A DNA stretch of 64,000 nucleotides from an uncultured Gemmatimonadales bacterium (lineage in GTDB: Bacteria; Gemmatimonadota; Gemmatimonadetes; Palauibacterales; Palauibacteraceae): NCBI GenBank assembly GCA_947259585.1, contig CAMYMV010000002.1, positions 3,925 to 67,924 of the forward strand, read 5' to 3'. Each line of letters begins with the position of its first letter. Positions within the stretch are counted from its first letter, which is position 1. The notes under the pieces were generated by a model. It had not been told where the DNA came from. It did no database searches and saw only the letters and a list, made by a program, of their open reading frames with translations. Shown piece after piece: positions 9,630-18,983 of the stretch. The translations under genes and the position numbers were made by a program.

Positions 9630-10799
9630 CTACTCGTTCCGGCGGGTGACGACGAGCTGGTTCCCCTCGATCCGTTTCTTCCGGTAGCCGGCGAGGTGGA
9701 AGATCTGGAGGGCGTAGAAGCGCGCCACGTGCCGGTCGATGCGCAGCGTTCCGGGACGGTCGCGATCACGATGGACGCCCGGCAGAAACGGTAGCAGCGC
9801 GTCGAACCGGAGGTGGCGAAGGGCGGACGACACGTTGAGCCAGAAAGCGCTGAACTTCCGGATCACGAAGAAGCCGTCGTCGCCCTGCCGCTGATAGAGG
9901 GGCATGAGGATGCCTCCGCCCTCCGGCGCGCGCAGCTCGCCGCGGTCGGTCCTGCCGAGCAGATCTCCCTCGCTGATCGTCTGGAAGCTCACGAACCCGG
10001 GGAGCATCTGGAAGCCGTCGTTCTCACTGATGCCGTGGCGGTGCCTGACCTCCACCGCCTGGGGCAGGCCTTTCGTGGCCGCGGCGAGGCTCCTGCGGGA
10101 CTCCTGCACGGCCGGGACAGCGTCGGGTTCGATGAGGACGTCCGTCTCGGCCAACGCCAGCCAGACGGCCGCCCCGCAGTGGTCCACCGACCGGGGATCG
10201 TCGTGCTGCCCGCCCTCGAAGCCGAGCGTTATGAACCCTTCGCCATCCAGGTGATTGAGCAGGGTGTGATCCAGGTGTTCCTCGAGGCCCAACACGTGAG
10301 GCACCGGGAAGCTGAGGGCGAAGCGGCGATTGCGTAAGGTGTCCATCGCCGTGGCGAACGGCGGACTCTCCCCGGATGTGGTATGGACGTCGAGGCAGTA
10401 GACATCACCGCGGGCTCGAGCCACGGCCGAGTCGATCTCCTCGAGCAGCTGCCCGGCTTCCAGGTCTTCGGCGTCCTCGAGAGCGTCCGCTTCGTGAGCC
10501 CTGAGCGCCGCCACCTTCGCCGGAGACCAGTGGCGGTTGAGGTCCGAGTCCACGAAGCGGTCTCCCCGCGACACGGCGGTGAGGTTCCCGACGAGGCCGA
10601 TGACCTCGCCCCTGATCGGCGGCCGCTCCGCCTCGAGGCGCGCGAAGACCTTCTCCAGGGCCCGCAGGCCGGCCGGCTCGTTGCCGTGAAGGGAAGCCGT
10701 CACCAGCAGGGTCGGCCCGGCGGCTTCCCCGATCAGCTGGCCGACTACGCGATCGACTTCCAAGGCAAGCAGCGGCTCCGTACTCAAAACGATGGACAT
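9630..10799 (-). CDS. Succinylglutamate desuccinylase / aspartoacylase (AstE/AspA) family zinc-dependent deacylase
   Basis: N-terminal LLVTASLHGNEPAGLRAL..., the HGNE zinc-binding motif of the M14-like AstE_AspA family. Confidence 0.65.
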   Translation of the reverse strand: MSIVLSTEPLLALEVDRVVGQLIGEAAGPTLLVTASLHGNEPAGLRALEKVFARLEAERPPIRGEVIGLVGNLTAVSRGDRFVDSDLNRHWSPAKVAALRAHEADALEDAEDLEAGQLLEEIDSAVARARGDVYCLDVHTTSGESPPFATAMDTLRNRRFALSFPVPHVLGLEEHLDHTLLNHLDGEGFITLGFEGGQHDDPRSVDHCGAAVWLALAETDVLIEPDAVPAVQESRRSLAAATKGLPQAVEVRHRHGISENDGFQMLPGFVSFQTISEGDLLGRTDRGELRAPEGGGILMPLYQRQGDDGFFVIRKFSAFWLNVSSALRHLRFDALLPFLPGVHRDRDRPGTLRIDRHVARFYALQIFHLAGYRKKRIEGNQLVVTRRNE

Positions 10800-10852
10800 C
10801 CGTTCATGCTCGACACTCCAACGACGTCAGGCAAGGGTCATGCCCGCCCCGA

Positions 10853-11506
10853 CTATGGGTAGAGCCGCGTCACGGACCAGCCGTCCTGGTCGCGACGGAA
10901 GCGAATGCGATCGTGCAGCCGGTTCACTCGGCCCTGCCAGAACTCGATGACGTCGGGACGGAGCCGGAAGCCGCCCCAGAACGGCGGAAGCGGGATCTCC
11001 TCGCCCTCGAACTCCGCCTCTCGCTCCCGGAATCGCCGCTCCAGCTCCTGGCGGCTCGTGAGAACCGAGCTTTGTTCGGATGCCCAGGCACCCAGACGGC
11101 TGCCCCGCGAGCGAGTCCTGAAGTAGGCGAAGCTCTCCTCCTCGCTCAGCCGCTCGATCGAGCCCTCCACCCTCACCTGACGGTGCAGGATGTTCCAGTA
11201 GACGAGGAATGCGGCCCGCGCGTTCTCTGCGAGCTCGGCGGCCTTCCGGCTCTCGTAGTTCGTGTAGAAGACGAACCCGCGGGCGTCGAATCCCTTCAGC
11301 AGCATCATGCGAACCGACGGCTCGCCGTCCGGCGTGGCCGTGGAAAGCGCGATCGCCTCGGGAAGGAAAAGCCCCGACTTCTTCGCCGAGGAGAACCATC
11401 GGTCGAAGAGGGCAATAGGGTCCGACCCGGCCGAGGACTCGGAGAGTCCGCCGACCGTCCCCTTTCCGACCGTGAGGAAGGAGCGCAGGATGGTGCGAAT
11501 TGACAT
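10853..11506 (-). CDS. pdxH: Pyridoxamine 5'-phosphate oxidase
   Basis: Alignable end-to-end with PdxH (FVFYTNYESRKA..., LPPFWGGFRLRPDVIEFWQGRVNRLHDRIRF). Start chosen at MSIRT, giving 217 aa as in E. coli PdxH. The listed longer start (11563) is also possible. Confidence 0.9.
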   Translation of the reverse strand: MSIRTILRSFLTVGKGTVGGLSESSAGSDPIALFDRWFSSAKKSGLFLPEAIALSTATPDGEPSVRMMLLKGFDARGFVFYTNYESRKAAELAENARAAFLVYWNILHRQVRVEGSIERLSEEESFAYFRTRSRGSRLGAWASEQSSVLTSRQELERRFREREAEFEGEEIPLPPFWGGFRLRPDVIEFWQGRVNRLHDRIRFRRDQDGWSVTRLYP

Positions 11507-11561
11507 TGGCGAAACGGTCGCGGCACCCGGCGGGCCTGTCAAGCGACCAACGAGGGGACTC

Positions 11562-13187
11562 ATGCACGCACCCGGCTTCGAGGATGAGAGAAGGGACTAT
11601 CGGCTGGAGGTCCCGGAGCACTTCAACTTCAGCCGCGACGTCATCGATCGCTGGGCAGAGGATCCGCAGCGCAGGGCGCTGTGGTGGATCGACGACCACG
11701 GCAAAGAGCGGCAGTGGACCTTCGCCGAGCTCGCCCGAGACAGCCGGATGGTCGCCGGCGGTCTGGCACGCCTCGGCATCAGGCGCGGCGATGTGGTCCT
11801 CGTGCTCCTTCCGAGAGTCATCGAGTGGTGGTTGGCGAGCCTCGGATGCTTCCGCCTCGGCGCCGTGGTCAGTCCCGGTACGATCCAGCTCTCGGCGAAG
11901 GACATCGCGCACCGGATCGAGGCGGCCGGCGCCGCGTGCGTCATCACGATCCCGGAGCTCGCACCGCGGGTGGAGGAGGCCGTCGAGACCCTGGGCGGCT
12001 CGTCGCCGCTAAAGGCTTGCATCGCCGCCGGTGGAGCCTGGCGGCCGGGGTGGTACGGCTTCGCGGATCTGCTCGAAGGCTCCGAGGAGTTCGAGACGGC
12101 CGACACCAGAAGCGACGAGATGGCCCTTCTCTACTTCACGTCGGGCACGACGGGCGGGCCGAAGATGACCGTACACACCCACGCTTCCTATCCGCTCGGC
12201 CACCTTATCACCGGCAAGTTCTGGCTCGACCTCACCGAGCACGATGTCCACTGGAACATCACCGACACCGGTTGGGCCAAGGCGGGCTGGAGCTCGATCT
12301 TCGGGCCCTGGCACATGGGAGCGACGATCTTCGCGCACCACGAGGAGCGATTTCACGTGAGGCGGGCGCTGGAGATACTGGAGGAGTACCCGATCACCTC
12401 CGTGTGCGCTCCGCCGACCATGCTGCGCATGTTCGTGCTCGAGGATCTCTCGCGGTACGATTTCTCGACCCTTCGCTCGGTCGTGACGGCAGGAGAGCCG
12501 CTGAATCCCGAGACGTACGAGAGCTGGGAGGCCGCGACCGGAATCACGATTCGCGAGGGCTACGGGCAAACCGAGACGGTCGTCATCGTCGGGGCCTTCC
12601 GAGGTGTGGCACCCCGCCCCGGCTCGATGGGCGTCGCGGCCCCGGGCTACGATCTCCAGGTCATCGATGACGACGGAAACGTGCTTCCATCGGGTCGGGA
12701 GGGCGACCTCGCGGTGCGCGTGAAGCCGGAGCGTCCCGTAGGGCTGTTCCTGGAGTACTGGAAAGAGCCCGAGCGCACGGCGCGGTTCTTCAAGGGTGAT
12801 TGGTACATCACCGGCGATCGGGCCGTGCGTGACGACGACGGATACTTCCATTTCGTCGGCCGGGCCGACGACGTGATCCTGTCCGCCGCCTATCGGATCG
12901 GGCCGTTCGAAGTCGAGAGCGCTTTGCTCGAGCACGAGGCCGTGGCCGAGTCCGCGGTCGTGGCGAGCCCGGATCCGGTTCGGGGGTCCGTGGTCAAGGC
13001 CTTCGTCGTGTTGTCGCCGGGCTTCGAGCCTAGCGTGGACCTGGCTCGCCAGCTCCAGCAGTTCGTGAAGCGCACGACGGCCCCTTACAAGTATCCGCGG
13101 AAGGTCGAGTTCGTGGCCGAATTGCCCAAGACGGTAAGCGGCAAGATCCGTCGCGCCGAGCTACGCCAGCGCGAGGCCGAAGGGTAG
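11562..13187 (+). CDS. AMP-dependent synthetase/ligase (medium-chain acyl-CoA synthetase-like)
   Basis: AMP-binding motif LYFTSGTTGGPKMTVHTH and the C-terminal TVSGKIRR motif. N-terminus VPEHFNFSRDVIDRW is like ACSM enzymes. Start taken at the ATG preceded by GAGGGG; an alternative ATG at 11490 has a GGAAGGAG RBS but would overlap pdxH. The listed 11307 start is rejected because it overlaps pdxH. Confidence 0.85.
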   Translation: MHAPGFEDERRDYRLEVPEHFNFSRDVIDRWAEDPQRRALWWIDDHGKERQWTFAELARDSRMVAGGLARLGIRRGDVVLVLLPRVIEWWLASLGCFRLGAVVSPGTIQLSAKDIAHRIEAAGAACVITIPELAPRVEEAVETLGGSSPLKACIAAGGAWRPGWYGFADLLEGSEEFETADTRSDEMALLYFTSGTTGGPKMTVHTHASYPLGHLITGKFWLDLTEHDVHWNITDTGWAKAGWSSIFGPWHMGATIFAHHEERFHVRRALEILEEYPITSVCAPPTMLRMFVLEDLSRYDFSTLRSVVTAGEPLNPETYESWEAATGITIREGYGQTETVVIVGAFRGVAPRPGSMGVAAPGYDLQVIDDDGNVLPSGREGDLAVRVKPERPVGLFLEYWKEPERTARFFKGDWYITGDRAVRDDDGYFHFVGRADDVILSAAYRIGPFEVESALLEHEAVAESAVVASPDPVRGSVVKAFVVLSPGFEPSVDLARQLQQFVKRTTAPYKYPRKVEFVAELPKTVSGKIRRAELRQREAEG

Positions 13188-13200
13188 GGGATCGGCCGGC

Positions 13201-14526
13201 TCAGGACTCGGCGTCCGGCTGCAGGCCCGACCGCACCTCGGAGGCGAAGTGGCTCCACGCCTCGTTCACCTGCTCGGCCAACTCGCCGCTCAACCGCTCG
13301 ATCTCGCCGGGGTGTGCGTCCAGGTGCTCGAGCAGCTGGCGCCGGAGGATCTGATCGAAGGGAGTGGCCGCTAGCTTCGGGTGGCCGATTCCCAGCTGCA
13401 CGCCCGCATCGAAGGCGACCTCGGCGAGCTCGTCCGGTGAGCGGAACGTCCGGTCGATGTCGATCTCCTCGTAATTATGCACCCAGCCGTGCGTCCAGAA
13501 GTTGCCCTCGGCGAGTCGGAGGTAACCCAACCACTGAAACGGCTCGTAGGAGATCCGAGCCTGGCTCAGGAGGACGCGCAGGGGGTCGTCGTCCTGGGTC
13601 TGGATGCAGTCGATACCGGCGAGGTCTCTCACTCGCTTGATCTCGATCACGTCGTCGTCCATCGGGTCGGGCGAAGGTCCCGCGACGCGGACAATGAACT
13701 TCGTGTCGAGCGCGCTTCCGACGCCCAGCGTCAGATAGCCCAGCCTCACCGGCGCGAAGTAGCCCCGATCGACCTGGGGGTGCTCCTCGACCATCGCCTC
13801 CGCGAAGCTGCGAAGCGCGTCGTGCAGTTCGCTCTCGACCTCGGGCGGTACCGGCTCCATCAGAGAGTCCACCCACGTCAGGTACCCCGGTGTGTCCTGG
13901 CTGAACGAGGATCGAAGGCGCTCGATGACCGCCGGCTCCGGCGCCTCGATAGCGGGATCCTCGAGCGCGGAGGCGTAGCCCCGGAGAAAGGTGCGCACGA
14001 GTTCTTCCTCCGCCACCTCGTCCCAGCTATTGATCCGGCTTGCCAGCCGCAGGGACACGGCGAACCGGATGAGATCCAGAAAGGGCGGGCCCTGCGATGA
14101 ATCGTCGAAATCGGTGAGCCCCCGGCCGAGATCGGTGATTGCGTACTGCTCGACGTGCGCATCGCCATGCAGGTTCAGTTGGAAGGAACGGGCCTGCTCG
14201 GAGGAGAGGGCGCTCAGTTGGTCCGCAAAGAGATCGCAAACGCGCCGGCTGAAGGGGACGTTGATGAATCGGAAGTAGCCGTGCGGGTCGGCGAGCAGCC
14301 GGTCGAGTAGGTCGGGGTTCTCCGAGAAGTCGAAGTCCGCGGGGTCGACATAGAGCGAGGCGGCTCCCGCTGAGAGGGCACGCTCGCTCCGCTCGTCCAG
14401 TTCCGAGCGCCGTTCGGTTTCTCGATCCGCGCTCCCGTCCCCGGGTGAGCAGGCCGCTGCCAGCGCCAGGCCCAGGAAGCCAGCTGCGCAACGCACCAGG
14501 GCACGCGCCATCGTCATCCTGGGCAT
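13201..14526 (-). CDS. Hypothetical lipoprotein, DUF2252-like with a kinase-like HGDxH motif
   Basis: Lipoprotein signal MPRMTMARALVRCAAGFLGLALAAAC. NLHGDAHVEQYA and DFDDSS motifs resemble the aminoglycoside-phosphotransferase-like fold of the DUF2252 family. Listed upstream extension rejected because it overlaps the FAD-subunit gene. Confidence 0.5.
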   Translation of the reverse strand: MPRMTMARALVRCAAGFLGLALAAACSPGDGSADRETERRSELDERSERALSAGAASLYVDPADFDFSENPDLLDRLLADPHGYFRFINVPFSRRVCDLFADQLSALSSEQARSFQLNLHGDAHVEQYAITDLGRGLTDFDDSSQGPPFLDLIRFAVSLRLASRINSWDEVAEEELVRTFLRGYASALEDPAIEAPEPAVIERLRSSFSQDTPGYLTWVDSLMEPVPPEVESELHDALRSFAEAMVEEHPQVDRGYFAPVRLGYLTLGVGSALDTKFIVRVAGPSPDPMDDDVIEIKRVRDLAGIDCIQTQDDDPLRVLLSQARISYEPFQWLGYLRLAEGNFWTHGWVHNYEEIDIDRTFRSPDELAEVAFDAGVQLGIGHPKLAATPFDQILRRQLLEHLDAHPGEIERLSGELAEQVNEAWSHFASEVRSGLQPDAES

Positions 14527-14533
14527 CCCACGC

Positions 14534-15364
14534 TCAACCGAAGGAGGGGCAGAGATCCAGCAGGTCGTGATAGAGAAGGCGAGCCAACACCTTCTCTCGA
14601 TACTCGGCGGTCGAGCGGATGTCATCGATCGGAGTCACATCCTCGCGGATGGCGGGCAGGAGGTCGTCCGACCCTCTCACCTCGGTACCCTGCTCGAGGA
14701 TCCGCTCCACCGCCGGGCAGCGGCATACGAACGGCGCCACGCTGTTGGCCACCACCCGCCACCCGGCATCGGATCTCGTCACCGCCACTCCTACTTTCGT
14801 GATCGCCTGCGCCCGTCGCTGGCCCACTTTCTCGAAGATCTGGACGTCGTAGGCGCGGCGCGGCACCCGAATCTCCGTCACCAGCTCGTCCGGCGACCGC
14901 CGCATCTCCTTGTACCCAGAATAGAACCCCGAGAGAGGCACCTCGCTCCGGCCGCGGGTCGACTCGAGCACGACGACCGCGTCATACGCCATCAGCACCG
15001 GCACACCATCCGCCGCCGGGGAGGCGTTGACGATGTTCCCGGCCCAGCTGCCGCGCGTCTGGATCTGAATGGAGCCTACCTGCCGCGCCGCGTCGATGAG
15101 GAGCGGAAGCTCGTTCCAGGCGCGCTGGTCCTCGATGATGTCCCAGTACGTCGTGAGTCCTCCAAGGACCAGCTCGTCGGTCTCCCAGCGATGCGGACGG
15201 AGCTCCTCCACGCCCGACAGGTCCAGGTAGGAGCGCTCGTGCAGCTCGGTGTGCTGAGGCCAATGAACGAGCAGGTCCGTGCCGCCGGCCATGGGCACCA
15301 GATCGGGATCGGCGGCGAGGGTCTCGAGCGCCTCGGCCAGGGAAGCGGGGAGGAGAACGCTCAC
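14534..15364 (-). CDS. Molybdenum hydroxylase FAD-binding (medium) subunit, CoxM/XdhB-like
   Basis: FAD-binding PCMH domain motif AGGTDLLVHW. 4-nt overlap with the upstream [2Fe-2S] subunit gene. Confidence 0.85.
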   Translation of the reverse strand: MSVLLPASLAEALETLAADPDLVPMAGGTDLLVHWPQHTELHERSYLDLSGVEELRPHRWETDELVLGGLTTYWDIIEDQRAWNELPLLIDAARQVGSIQIQTRGSWAGNIVNASPAADGVPVLMAYDAVVVLESTRGRSEVPLSGFYSGYKEMRRSPDELVTEIRVPRRAYDVQIFEKVGQRRAQAITKVGVAVTRSDAGWRVVANSVAPFVCRCPAVERILEQGTEVRGSDDLLPAIREDVTPIDDIRSTAEYREKVLARLLYHDLLDLCPSFG

Positions 15365-15837
15365 CCGGCCTCCCGATCCTCCAACGCACCCTCGATGCCT
15401 TCGATGATTCCGTCATATCCGGTGCATCGGCACAGGTTGCCCGCCATCAGCTCACGCACTGTGTGGGTCTCGAGTCGGTCCCGGTGCCGCAGGATCCACT
15501 CGGCGGTCATGACCACCCCCGGCGTGCAGGCGCCGCACTGTGTCGTACCGCGGGCGTGATAGTGCGCCATGCCCTCCGGATCCAGCGACTCGATGGTCTC
15601 CACGAGACGGCCACGCACCTGATAGGCGGGAACGAGGCAGGAGTCGACGGGAAGCCCGTCCAGGTAGACGGTGCACGCGCCGCACTCGCCCTCGGCGCAC
15701 CCCTCTTTCGTTCCGGTGAGTCCCAGACGGTAGCGAAGGAGATCCAGCAGTCGCTCCGAGGGGCTGACCTCCACCGTCGTCGGCTCTCCGTTGAGCGTGA
15801 AGGAGATCCGGATCGGATCGTCTCTCCCGTCGCTCAT
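15361..15837 (-). CDS. Molybdenum hydroxylase [2Fe-2S] (small) subunit, CoxS/XdhC-like
   Basis: Two cluster motifs: CAEGECGACTV and QCGACTPG...CRCTGY. Confidence 0.9.
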   Translation of the reverse strand: MSDGRDDPIRISFTLNGEPTTVEVSPSERLLDLLRYRLGLTGTKEGCAEGECGACTVYLDGLPVDSCLVPAYQVRGRLVETIESLDPEGMAHYHARGTTQCGACTPGVVMTAEWILRHRDRLETHTVRELMAGNLCRCTGYDGIIEGIEGALEDREAG

Positions 15838-18029
15838 CGGTCGCCGTTAGCCAATAGGGCCATCAGTCGTTCGGGAGTGAGCGGGATCTCGGTGGGCTGC
15901 CGTCCGGTCGCCGCGGCGACCGCGTTCAATACGGCCGGCGCCGCGCCGACCAGGGGAAGCTCGCCAATGCCCTTGGCGCCCTGGGCTCCGTGCTCGTACG
16001 GGAACTCCACGAACTCGACCCGGATGGGCGGGAGATCTCCGCTCGTCGGGATGATGTAGTTGGTCAGCTGGCCGTTCTCCATCGCCCCATCCTTCCAGAC
16101 GCACTCCTCGAGCAGAGCCCAGCTGATTCCCTGGGCGACTCCGCCCTGAACCTGGCCTCTGGCCAGCGTCTCGTTCAGAACGGTCCCCACATCCTGCACG
16201 GAGACGAAATCCAGCACGCGCACGTCATACGTTCGCAGGTCGACCTCGACCTCGGCCACGTGTGCGGCCCAGCCGAACGCGCCGTACGCGTCTCCGACGT
16301 AGTTCTCCTCATCCCACTCGATCCCTGGCGGCGGCTCGTAACGCGCCTTCCCGAGCAGACGTTCTCCGGGGTGCGCCGAATGCCAGGCGATGATCGCCTC
16401 CTTCACCAGGGCACCCGGCGCGCCGATCTCCACTCCGGCCTTTCGGCACAGGTCGTCGCAGGCCCTCTCCACCAGCCGGCCGACGACCATCGCGGTCCTC
16501 GACCCGACGGTCGGTCCGCTGTCAGGTACCCGGTGCGTGTCGGGCTCGGCGATCGAGATCTCCGCCGGATCGTAGCCGAGGCGGTCGGAGGCCAGCTGCG
16601 TGAAGATCGTGACCTGCCCCTGACCCATCTCGGTGCTGGCGCAAAGAACCTGCACCTTCCCGTCCGGATTCCCTTCCACGTGGAGTCGCGAATCAAGCAT
16701 GACCTCGCCGCTTCCCGTGAAGCCGGCGCCGTGGTAGAAGGCGGCCATCCCGATTCCCCGCCGCAGGTAGCGGTGCTCCGGGTTCCGGACCCAGTGCTCT
16801 CTCCTTCTCCGCTCATAGTCCGAGAGCGCGAGCGCGCGATCCACGATCTGCAGCCGGTCCACTCCGTCGCTGATGACCTGGCCCGTGGCCGTCGTCTGTC
16901 CGTCTCGGATCATGTTGATGCGCCGCAGCTCTACCGGATCCATCCGAAGCCGATCAGCGATCACGTCCATGTGGCGCTCGACCGCGAAGTGGGCCTGCGG
17001 GTTGCCGAAGCCTCGAAAGGCGCCGTACGGCACCGAGTTCGTGAACATCGCCCGGCCCAGGATGCTCACGTTGTCGCAGTGATAGAGACCCGCCGCGTGG
17101 ATGATCGCTCGGCTGAGGACCACGGGGGTCAGGGTAAGGTAGGCGCCTCCGTCCATGACCACCTCGATCTCCTGCGCGATCAAACGCCCGTTCTCGTCCA
17201 CTCCCGTCCGGTGCCGGACCTGCGAGGGATGGCGCTTTGTCGTCGCGACCATGTCCTCCGTACGGTCGTAGATGAGCTTCACGGGCATCCGCGACTTGAG
17301 GGCGAGCAACCCCGCGTGCAGCGCCACCATGGAGGGGAACTCCTCCTTGCCCCCGAAGCCTCCGCCGGTCGGCGTCTGGATGACCTGGATCTCCTCTTCC
17401 GAACGGTTCAGCGCAGGCTTCAGCGCCTTCACGACGTAATAGGGGCATTGCATCGAGCCCTTGATGACCAGCACCTCGCCGTCCAGGTAGGCCAGCATGC
17501 CCTGCGTCTCGAGGTAGACATGCTCCTGGGCACCCGTCTCGTAGACGCCCTCGACCACGATCGGAGACTCGCCCAGCGCCCGCTCCACGTCGCCCTTCTG
17601 GATCGACAGTCGCTTGAGGACGTTGTTCTCGCCGTACTGGATCAGATCAGGACCCGGCAGCGTGCGGAAATCGAGAGCCGGCGGGTCGACGTCGACGATG
17701 ACCTGCACCTCGCGCAGCGCCCGGCGGGCCATCTCGCGCGACGGGTGGGCCAGCAGAAGGACCGGTTCGTGCACGTGACGAACGTAGCCGGGCGCCAGGG
17801 CCGGCTGATCGTATTCCATCAGGTAGACGGCGTTTCTACCAGGGATGTCCGTGTGGTCGACGATCACGAACTCGGACCAGTCCACACCGTCTCCGAAGAT
17901 GATGTCGGAGATGCGGCCTCTGGCCGCGGGGCTGCGGACCGTGGCTCCCCAGAGGAAGTCCTCCAGCGGAAGATCATCGACATAGCGCTCTCGCCCCGTC
18001 AGTTTGGAGAGGCCCTCACGACGGAGCAT
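15834..18029 (-). CDS. Xanthine dehydrogenase family molybdopterin-binding large subunit
   Basis: Aldehyde oxidase/xanthine dehydrogenase a/b hammerhead and MoCo-binding domains. Start placed at MLRREGLSKLTGRERYVDD (GGAAGG RBS), 12 residues before the conserved TG.E.YVDD. 4-nt overlap with the small-subunit gene. Adjacent guanine deaminase supports a xanthine dehydrogenase assignment. Confidence 0.88.
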   Translation of the reverse strand: MLRREGLSKLTGRERYVDDLPLEDFLWGATVRSPAARGRISDIIFGDGVDWSEFVIVDHTDIPGRNAVYLMEYDQPALAPGYVRHVHEPVLLLAHPSREMARRALREVQVIVDVDPPALDFRTLPGPDLIQYGENNVLKRLSIQKGDVERALGESPIVVEGVYETGAQEHVYLETQGMLAYLDGEVLVIKGSMQCPYYVVKALKPALNRSEEEIQVIQTPTGGGFGGKEEFPSMVALHAGLLALKSRMPVKLIYDRTEDMVATTKRHPSQVRHRTGVDENGRLIAQEIEVVMDGGAYLTLTPVVLSRAIIHAAGLYHCDNVSILGRAMFTNSVPYGAFRGFGNPQAHFAVERHMDVIADRLRMDPVELRRINMIRDGQTTATGQVISDGVDRLQIVDRALALSDYERRRREHWVRNPEHRYLRRGIGMAAFYHGAGFTGSGEVMLDSRLHVEGNPDGKVQVLCASTEMGQGQVTIFTQLASDRLGYDPAEISIAEPDTHRVPDSGPTVGSRTAMVVGRLVERACDDLCRKAGVEIGAPGALVKEAIIAWHSAHPGERLLGKARYEPPPGIEWDEENYVGDAYGAFGWAAHVAEVEVDLRTYDVRVLDFVSVQDVGTVLNETLARGQVQGGVAQGISWALLEECVWKDGAMENGQLTNYIIPTSGDLPPIRVEFVEFPYEHGAQGAKGIGELPLVGAAPAVLNAVAAATGRQPTEIPLTPERLMALLANGDR

Positions 18030-18202
18030 CGAGGAGCCTTCCGCCGCAACGTCGGCTAGCCTTCGGGGCCGCGGCTTCGTGGCCGGTCGAGAGCTCATGG
18101 CAGGCACCACCGAGTAGAGTGTGAGACAATGATCGTCTCTGATGGTGGGGCTCCGTCTGCCGGCTAGCAACGGCAGCCTGGACCAGGAGATGAGATAAGC
18201 CG

Positions 18203-18679
18203 ATGAGCGACGATTCCAGCCGCTTCATGCGGGAAGCGCTTCGTTTCGCCGTCGAGAGCGCGGCATCGGGGAACGGCGGCCCGTTCGCGGCCGTGGTAGT
18301 GAAGGACGGCGAGGTCGTTGGCCGCGGGTCCAACGGTGTGACCGGGCAGAACGATCCGACGGCTCACGCCGAGGTGCAGGCGATCCGCGATGCCTGCGGG
18401 AATCTGAGTACGTTTCGGCTGGATGGTTGCGAGATCTACTGCAGCAGCGAGCCCTGCCCGATGTGTCTGGGCGCCATCTACTGGGCGCGGCTGGATCGGA
18501 TCTACTACGCCAACGATCGGGGCGTCGCGGCGGAGGCCGGATTCGACGATGCGTTCATCTACGACGAGATAGCCCGGCCGATCGGGCGCAGGGTCCTGCC
18601 GACGCGGCACCTGACCGTGGACGGCGCCGACGAGGCGTTTCGCGTATGGGAGGATCTGGAGGACCGGATCGAGTACTGA
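18203..18679 (+). CDS. guaD: Guanine deaminase (cytidine-deaminase-fold, GuaD type)
   Basis: Near-collinear with B. subtilis GuaD: GGPFAAVVVKDGEVVG, zinc ligands HAEVQAIR and EPCPMCLGAIYWARL, C-terminal AEAGFDDAFIYDEI. Confidence 0.8.
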   Translation: MSDDSSRFMREALRFAVESAASGNGGPFAAVVVKDGEVVGRGSNGVTGQNDPTAHAEVQAIRDACGNLSTFRLDGCEIYCSSEPCPMCLGAIYWARLDRIYYANDRGVAAEAGFDDAFIYDEIARPIGRRVLPTRHLTVDGADEAFRVWEDLEDRIEY

Positions 18680-18703
18680 TCCGGCAGTTCCGCCCGAGAA
18701 CCG

Positions 18704-18892
18704 CTACCGCTTCTTCCTCACCTTCTTCAGAAGCTCGCGCGGATCCGGACCTGTCGTGCACTCCGAGCCGCCCGGGCTCACCGGTTCCGGCGGCCCCGGA
18801 AACCGCGGCGTGCACGGCGGCTTCGGGACGTGGTACGGGCGCTTGCGGTCGCGCGGAGCTCTCCCCCGGTTGCTCTTCGCCATCTGAAACAC
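18704..18892 (-). CDS. Small basic Pro-rich hypothetical protein (62 aa), possibly spurious
   Basis: GTG start with GGAGG 7 nt upstream. Lies in a convergent intergenic gap. No homology recognised. Confidence 0.2.
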   Translation of the reverse strand: MFQMAKSNRGRAPRDRKRPYHVPKPPCTPRFPGPPEPVSPGGSECTTGPDPRELLKKVRKKR

Positions 18893-18983
18893 CGCCTTTC
18901 CTCCGTTATTCTAGTCCAGCAGATGATCGTACGCATTCAGCCCGCTCCTTGTGTCGGACGTCACCGTCGGAGAGAGTGCGAGA

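Noticed and set aside
11307-11561. N-terminal extension of the acyl-CoA synthetase ORF
   Set aside because: Overlaps pdxH on the opposite strand. Conserved ACSM N-terminus starts later.
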